Below, piece after piece: positions 58,945 to 64,000 of a DNA stretch of 64,000 nt. This DNA is from Bacteroidota bacterium (GTDB lineage: Bacteria; Bacteroidota; Bacteroidia; AKYH767-A; OLB10): NCBI GenBank assembly GCA_023251535.1, contig JAHEYP010000001.1, forward strand, positions 288,868 through 352,867. The letters run 5' to 3'. Position 1 is the stretch's first letter. Each line of letters starts with the position of its first letter. The notes beneath the pieces were generated by a model. That model was given only the letters and a program-made list of their open reading frames with translations, did not search any database and had not been told where the DNA came from. The translations under genes were made by a program, and so were the position numbers.

Positions 58945-59853
58945 TTAGTCTTTGTATTGTTGAAGTTTGGCTTCCATACTTTGAGTAGTATGAGGCACTG
59001 CACGTAAGCGTTCCTTTGGGATCAGTTTACCTGTTACTCGGCAAATTCCGTATGTTTTGTTTTCAATACGAACTAAAGCCGCTTCAAGTTGTTCGATAAA
59101 TTTCTTCTGACGAGCAGCAAGATTTGCTGCTTCTTCTTTCGCTAAAGTATCAGATCCATCTTCTAACATTTTAAAAGAAGAGCCTGTATCATCAGTTCCG
59201 TTTTCGTTAGCATTCACGATTTGCGCTTGTAAATTGATTAATTCAGCGCGGGCATCCGTAAGTTTATTTACTATAAGCTCTTTGAACTCTTTAAGTTCAG
59301 TGTCGCTATATCGCGTTTTATCATTCGGTGTATTCGAAGTCTTCTGCACGTTACTCATCGTTGATTTTACTGGTATTGAATATTCTGGTTTTTTAAATAA
59401 TGGTCTTTGCGCCTCCGGTTTAGGAGCAGGAGCTGCCGGTTTAACGGGCGCAGCTTTTTTCACCGCTACTGCTTTCACAGGAGCTTTAGGAGCAGGAGCC
59501 GCCTTTTTAACAGGGGCTGCTTTTTTCACAACTACTTTCTTGGCAGGAGCTGCTTTTTTTACTGGAGCTGCCTTCTCTGCCGCTTTCTTTGATACGACTT
59601 TTTTAGGAGCCGGTTTCTTAGCAACGGCTTTTTTTGCAGAAGATTTTACGGGAGCTGCTTTTTTTGCAGGTGCTTTCTTAGCAGGAGCTTTTTTTGCTAC
59701 TGCCTTTTTCGCAGGCGCATTTTTAGCGGGTGCTTTTTTAGCAGGTGCTGCTTTCTTAACTACCTTTTTAGCTGCAGGTTTAGCCGCAACTTTTTTAGCT
59801 GCTTTTTTTGCCGTTGGTTTCTTCGACTTTGGAAGAGGTTTTTTAGTGGCCAT
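58945..59853 (-). CDS. TraR/DksA family regulator with long N-terminal histone H1-like Lys/Ala/Pro tail
   Basis: C-terminal '[14 protein letters not shown]...[40 protein letters not shown]'. The N-terminal ~150 aa are KKAAP/AKK repeats. Confidence 0.9.
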   Translation of the reverse strand: MATKKPLPKSKKPTAKKAAKKVAAKPAAKKVVKKAAPAKKAPAKNAPAKKAVAKKAPAKKAPAKKAAPVKSSAKKAVAKKPAPKKVVSKKAAEKAAPVKKAAPAKKVVVKKAAPVKKAAPAPKAPVKAVAVKKAAPVKPAAPAPKPEAQRPLFKKPEYSIPVKSTMSNVQKTSNTPNDKTRYSDTELKEFKELIVNKLTDARAELINLQAQIVNANENGTDDTGSSFKMLEDGSDTLAKEEAANLAARQKKFIEQLEAALVRIENKTYGICRVTGKLIPKERLRAVPHTTQSMEAKLQQYKD

Positions 59854-62800
59854 TGCTGTACTTATTTACTTCAGTTAAAATATTGAGGTTCTCATCCACC
59901 TCCACAGAAATTGCATCAGCACTATCAAGTTTGTCAACCAAATCGAACGAGGTTGCCAAAATTTCGCTGCGAATATAGTCGAAATTGTTCATTATTGAGC
60001 GGCGCACTTGATCAGGGGCTTCCATTTTTACTGTAATCCGATCGGTGATTTCGAACCCTTTATCCTTACGGATATTCTGGATTCTGTTGATCACTTCACG
60101 AGCTAACCCTTTCTCTTTCAGCTCATCAGAGATTGTAATATCTAATGCAACCGTTAATCTTCCTTGGTTTGCAACCTGCCATCCCGGAATATCTTCGCTC
60201 ATCACTTCCACATCGGATAGCAATAAGTCGAACATCACGTCGCCAAATTTTAACGGAAGGATACCTTCCATCTCCAAATGCGCAATTTGCTCTTGGTTCA
60301 ATTCGGCTACTTTAGCTGTTAGCTGTTTCATCAACCCTCCGATCTTAGGACCTAAGGCTTTGAAATTTGGCTTCACTTTCTTCACCAAAATTCCGGCAGT
60401 CTCCGACATAAACTCTACTTCTTCAACATTCACCTCACTCAACACTAAGTCGCGGATTGCTTCGATACGTGCTCTGAACTTTTCGTCACTAGCAGGGATT
60501 AATATCTTCTGCAACGGCTGACGAACTTTGATATTTACCTTCTTACGAAGCGACAATACCATTGAAGAAATATCTTGCGCCAACTGCATTCTTTCTTCGA
60601 GATCTTTATCGATAGAAGAAGCATCGCTCTCTGGGAATGAAGCTAAGTGAACGCTATCGTTTTTATCGCGACCCGACGATGCATTTAAATCATTAAATAA
60701 ATGATCGGCAAAGAACGGAGCTACTGGAGCCATCAAGCGAGAAATCACATCCAAACAAGTATAAAGTGTTTGGTAAGCTGCAATTTTATCGTCTGAATAT
60801 TCTCCTTTCCAGAAACGGCGGCGACTTAAGCGTACATACCAATTACTTAAATGTTCAGAGACAAAATCAGTAATCAATCGTGTAGCTTTGGTAGGCTCAT
60901 AATCTGCGTAGCAAGCATCTACATCTCTTATCAACGAATTCAAGAGAGAGATAACCCAACGATCGAGTTCGGTGCGGTCAGCAAGCGGAATTTCTTTCTC
61001 AGAGAAAGTAAATCCGTCGATGTTCGCATACACCGCAAAGAAATTATAAGTATTGTAAAGTGTACCGAAGAACTTACGTTGAACTTCACCGATACCTTCG
61101 GTATTAAATTTCAAGTTATCCCAAGGCTGTGCATTGCTGATCATATACCAGCGAGTAGCATCGGGACCAAATGTCTCAAGTGTTTCAAAAGGATCGGCTG
61201 CGTTACCCAAACGTTTCGACATTTTATTGCCGTTTTTATCGAGTACTAGTCCGTTCGAAACAACATTTTTAAACGCCACGCTATCAAACAACATTACTGC
61301 GATAGCATGCAAAGTAAAGAACCATCCACGAGTTTGGTCAACTCCCTCAGCGATGAAATCCGCAGGGAAAGCACCTTTAAATTGCTCTACATTCTCGAAA
61401 GGATAATGCCACTGCGCATAAGGCATAGCACCACTATCGAACCAAACATCAATCAAATCTGTTTCACGAGTCATCGGTTTCCCTGTAGGAGAAACTAAAA
61501 CAACATGATCGACATACGGGCGATGTAAATCGAAATCAGGTTTCGAAGGATCGATATGTTCCATCTTCGCTGCATCCATCACACCGGCTTTAACAGCAGC
61601 TTCAATTTCCAAACGTAACTCTTCAACAGATCCGATACACTTCTCTTCTCCATCTTCACTTCTCCAGATTGGAAGAGGAATTCCCCAATAACGAGAGCGA
61701 GAAAGATTCCAATCCACTAAGTTATCGAGCCAATTACCAAATCGTCCGGTACCCGTACTTTCAGGTTTCCAGTTGATGGTTTTATTCAACTCAATCATTC
61801 GCTCTTTGCAAGCAGTAGTTTTGATAAACCACGAATCGAGCGGATAATATAAAACGGGCTTATCTGTTCTCCAGCAATGCGGGTAAGTATGTTCATACTT
61901 CTCCACTTTGAAAGCCTTATTTTCTTGTTTTAATTTGATAGAGATACGCTCATCCACCGATAAATATTTATCGCGGCCTTGCTTCACTCTAGCCTCTTCT
62001 TTTTCTGTTTCGTTGAGGTATTCTTCCTTCACATATTCGAGAGGGAAATCGGTTACCTCTTTCACAAATCGTCCTTGCTTATCAACTAACGGCATCGGCT
62101 TACCGCTATCGTCATTTATCATGATAGCAGGCACGTTGTGCTGTTTCGCTACGCGGAAGTCATCGGCACCGAAAGTAGGAGCGATATGCACGATACCAGT
62201 ACCATCTTCGGTAGATACAAAATCGCCTGTGATCACTCTAAAAGCATCACCTTCAGGTTGCACATAAGGCAATAACTGTTCGAAGCGGATATCCTGCAAC
62301 TCGCGGCCTTTAAACTCAGCGATTACCTTGTAAGGGATATTCTTATTTCCATCTTGATAATCTTCTATCAAGAGTTCAGCATTCTTTGTGTTAAAATGTT
62401 TACCAACGAGGTCTTTTGCAAGCACCACGCACATTGGCTTGAAGGTATACTGATTAAAAGTACGTACCAACACATAAGTGATATCGGCACCAACAGCGAG
62501 CGCTGCATTCGAAGGCAATGTCCACGGTGTGGTTGTCCAAGCCAAGAAGTACAAAGGCGCATCTGCTTTAGCGAACAAGAACTCACTTTTATCGTCGCGA
62601 ATAGCAGTAAACTGAGCCACGATAGTAGTATCCTTCACAAGCTTATACGTTCCGGGTTGATTAAGCTCATGGGAACTTAATCCGGTACCTGCAGCAGGAG
62701 AATACGGTTGGATAGTATAACCTTTGTAAAGTAGGCCTTTTTTATAAAGCTGTTGGAGCAAATTCCAGCAAGTCTCGATATAATTATTCTCGAAAGTGAT

Positions 62801-63247
62801 ATAAGGGTTCTCGAGGTCGACCCAATAGCCCATTTTACGGGTAAGATCATCCCATACCGACTTATACTTCATCACCTCCTTACGGCAAGCTTTGTTATAA
62901 TCCTCGATAGAGATCTTAATACCGATATCCTCTTTGGTGATACCTAAGGTCTTCTCGACACTAATTTCGATAGGTAGTCCGTGAGTATCCCAGCCGCCCT
63001 TACGTTTTACTTGGAATCCTTTTTGGGTTTTATAGCGACAAAAAATGTCTTTGATACTCCTCGCCATCACGTGGTGGATGCCTGGGAGACCGTTTGCTGA
63101 AGGCGGGCCTTCGTAGAAAGTATAAGAAGGATTTCCCTCACGTTCAGAGATGGAACGTTCGAAAACCTTTTTGTCTTGCCAGTTGCGGAGCACCTGCTCA
63201 GCGAGATTCGGCAAATTCAATTGTTTATATTCGGGATACTTAGCCAT
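59843..63247 (-). CDS. ileS: Isoleucine--tRNA ligase (type 2)
   Basis: '[15 protein letters not shown]', 'GWDTHGLP', 'WTTTPWTLP', 'GTGIVHIAP', 'SRSRYWG', '[10 protein letters not shown]', 'KMSKR'; IleRS2 C-terminus 'KVRQPL'. Confidence 0.98.
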   Translation of the reverse strand: MAKYPEYKQLNLPNLAEQVLRNWQDKKVFERSISEREGNPSYTFYEGPPSANGLPGIHHVMARSIKDIFCRYKTQKGFQVKRKGGWDTHGLPIEISVEKTLGITKEDIGIKISIEDYNKACRKEVMKYKSVWDDLTRKMGYWVDLENPYITFENNYIETCWNLLQQLYKKGLLYKGYTIQPYSPAAGTGLSSHELNQPGTYKLVKDTTIVAQFTAIRDDKSEFLFAKADAPLYFLAWTTTPWTLPSNAALAVGADITYVLVRTFNQYTFKPMCVVLAKDLVGKHFNTKNAELLIEDYQDGNKNIPYKVIAEFKGRELQDIRFEQLLPYVQPEGDAFRVITGDFVSTEDGTGIVHIAPTFGADDFRVAKQHNVPAIMINDDSGKPMPLVDKQGRFVKEVTDFPLEYVKEEYLNETEKEEARVKQGRDKYLSVDERISIKLKQENKAFKVEKYEHTYPHCWRTDKPVLYYPLDSWFIKTTACKERMIELNKTINWKPESTGTGRFGNWLDNLVDWNLSRSRYWGIPLPIWRSEDGEEKCIGSVEELRLEIEAAVKAGVMDAAKMEHIDPSKPDFDLHRPYVDHVVLVSPTGKPMTRETDLIDVWFDSGAMPYAQWHYPFENVEQFKGAFPADFIAEGVDQTRGWFFTLHAIAVMLFDSVAFKNVVSNGLVLDKNGNKMSKRLGNAADPFETLETFGPDATRWYMISNAQPWDNLKFNTEGIGEVQRKFFGTLYNTYNFFAVYANIDGFTFSEKEIPLADRTELDRWVISLLNSLIRDVDACYADYEPTKATRLITDFVSEHLSNWYVRLSRRRFWKGEYSDDKIAAYQTLYTCLDVISRLMAPVAPFFADHLFNDLNASSGRDKNDSVHLASFPESDASSIDKDLEERMQLAQDISSMVLSLRKKVNIKVRQPLQKILIPASDEKFRARIEAIRDLVLSEVNVEEVEFMSETAGILVKKVKPNFKALGPKIGGLMKQLTAKVAELNQEQIAHLEMEGILPLKFGDVMFDLLLSDVEVMSEDIPGWQVANQGRLTVALDITISDELKEKGLAREVINRIQNIRKDKGFEITDRITVKMEAPDQVRRSIMNNFDYIRSEILATSFDLVDKLDSADAISVEVDENLNILTEVNKYSNGH

Positions 63248-63260
63248 GATAAAGAAGGTG

Positions 63261-63268
63261 CAAAATTA
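63261..63268 (-). promoter_or_regulatory. Bacteroidota -7 promoter box for ileS
   Basis: TAATTTTG on the minus strand, 14 nt upstream of the ATG. Confidence 0.65.
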
Positions 63269-63279
63269 CGGAAAAAAAT

Positions 63280-63305
63280 AAAGCGGCCTTAGGGAGCCGC
63301 TTTTT
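63280..63305. terminator. Terminator-like hairpin upstream of the ileS promoter
   Basis: AAAGCGGC-CTTAGGGA-GCCGCTTTTT with A/T runs on both sides. Confidence 0.7.
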
Positions 63306-63671
63306 GCCACGCTTTGAAAAGCCTCTGACTTTTCGGTATAAAGAACGATCTTATTTCATGGGGGGCGGGACAACCACCGGATTGACCCTTATTTTATTGA
63401 TGAAGCAAAGAAACATCGGGGAAGGGGTGATTTCAAAAGAGATGAGGTGAATAGGGTAAAATGGGGGTTGAATGGGAAATTGATTTTGGATTTTGGATTA
63501 GGCTCCCTTTGGTTTCTTTAACTTTACACGAAATCCTCTTTTTAAACGCGGCGGATGCAATGGAAAGGCTTGGACGAGAGTTAAGCTACGGATGCTTTTT
63601 ACGGGAGCAGCGATTGCTTCGCAATTTTGTCTCCCATTAGTTTATTGTTACAATTTAAAGATTGAATATAG

Positions 63672-64000
63672 AACACGGATACGCTCCAACTGTGCAAGCA
63701 CGTCGGAGCTAAAAGGATTTGAAGGGGATTTAAAAGGATGCTGGCGCATATTAGGGCTGGCGCATACAGGATCGCCTGGCGGCGAGATGGATTTACGGCT
63801 GCGACGTGGATTTATCTCCCATTGGGTTCTTCACTGGAAAGGAGATTCATTTAACCGCGGCGAGCGCTACGGCGCATTGCTTGATGGGCCGCAGATTTTT
63901 ATGGTTTATATGGCTTGTTATGATTTAATACTACTATCCCATGAGTAGCTTTTTATTTTTAGAGATTAAAGTAAAACACGGATACGCTCCAACTGCGCAA
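63672..64000. repeat. 26-bp direct repeat, two copies 303 bp apart, leading into a hairpin
   Basis: AACACGGATACGCTCCAACTG(T/C)GCAA at 63672-63697 and 63975-64000. The second copy is cut by the window edge. Confidence 0.9.

Noticed and set aside
59234-59878. 214-aa hydrophobic plus-strand ORF (AAFF/AGAF repeats)
   Set aside because: Antisense reading of the Lys/Ala/Pro codons of the H1-like tail
63592-63948. 118-aa ORF in the terminal region
   Set aside because: No motifs, atypical composition, and it overlies hairpins and repeats

Overview
A 64-kb chromosomal segment from a Bacteroidota bacterium, as shown by TAnnTTTG -7 promoter boxes, T9SS C-terminal sorting domains, a Flavobacterium-type alternative complex III operon and a type-2 IleRS. 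It starts at the 3' end of a SEC-C-motif gene (probably secA). The first 16 kb holds large secreted multidomain proteins: a 1940-aa protein with a dockerin-like tail, a beta-helix plus 'EYFxDxDPG'-repeat gene pair, and a 1594-aa GEVED/T9SS protein, with ORF6N and comM between them. Next come housekeeping and metabolic genes (pabB, tilS, DHS-like, Dpm1-like GT2, manC, aminotransferase, kmo, kynU), the actABCDEF-coxII-coxI respiratory operon, a TIGR03643/SDR/photolyase cluster, an S46 peptidase, a PNGase F-like T9SS protein, rimP-nusA-infB, GT9 and ileS-dksA-lspA. It ends in a hairpin- and repeat-rich non-coding stretch. I saw no rRNA, tRNA, CRISPR array, integrase or transposase. Best leads: (1) the 6668-8997 pair looks like a split Ig domain, where the C-terminal two-strand tag of a CTD-less beta-helix protein could complete four truncated Ig repeats on a T9SS carrier; (2) a TPR membrane sensor with no kinase, ending in an HPt-like domain with His replaced by Glu; (3) a perfect 39-bp palindrome inside the ORF6N gene; (4) phage-type beta modules inserted twice in a T9SS cargo; (5) a degenerate ~305-bp structured repeat at the window end. 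All domain calls are by-eye motif recognition, not database searches.
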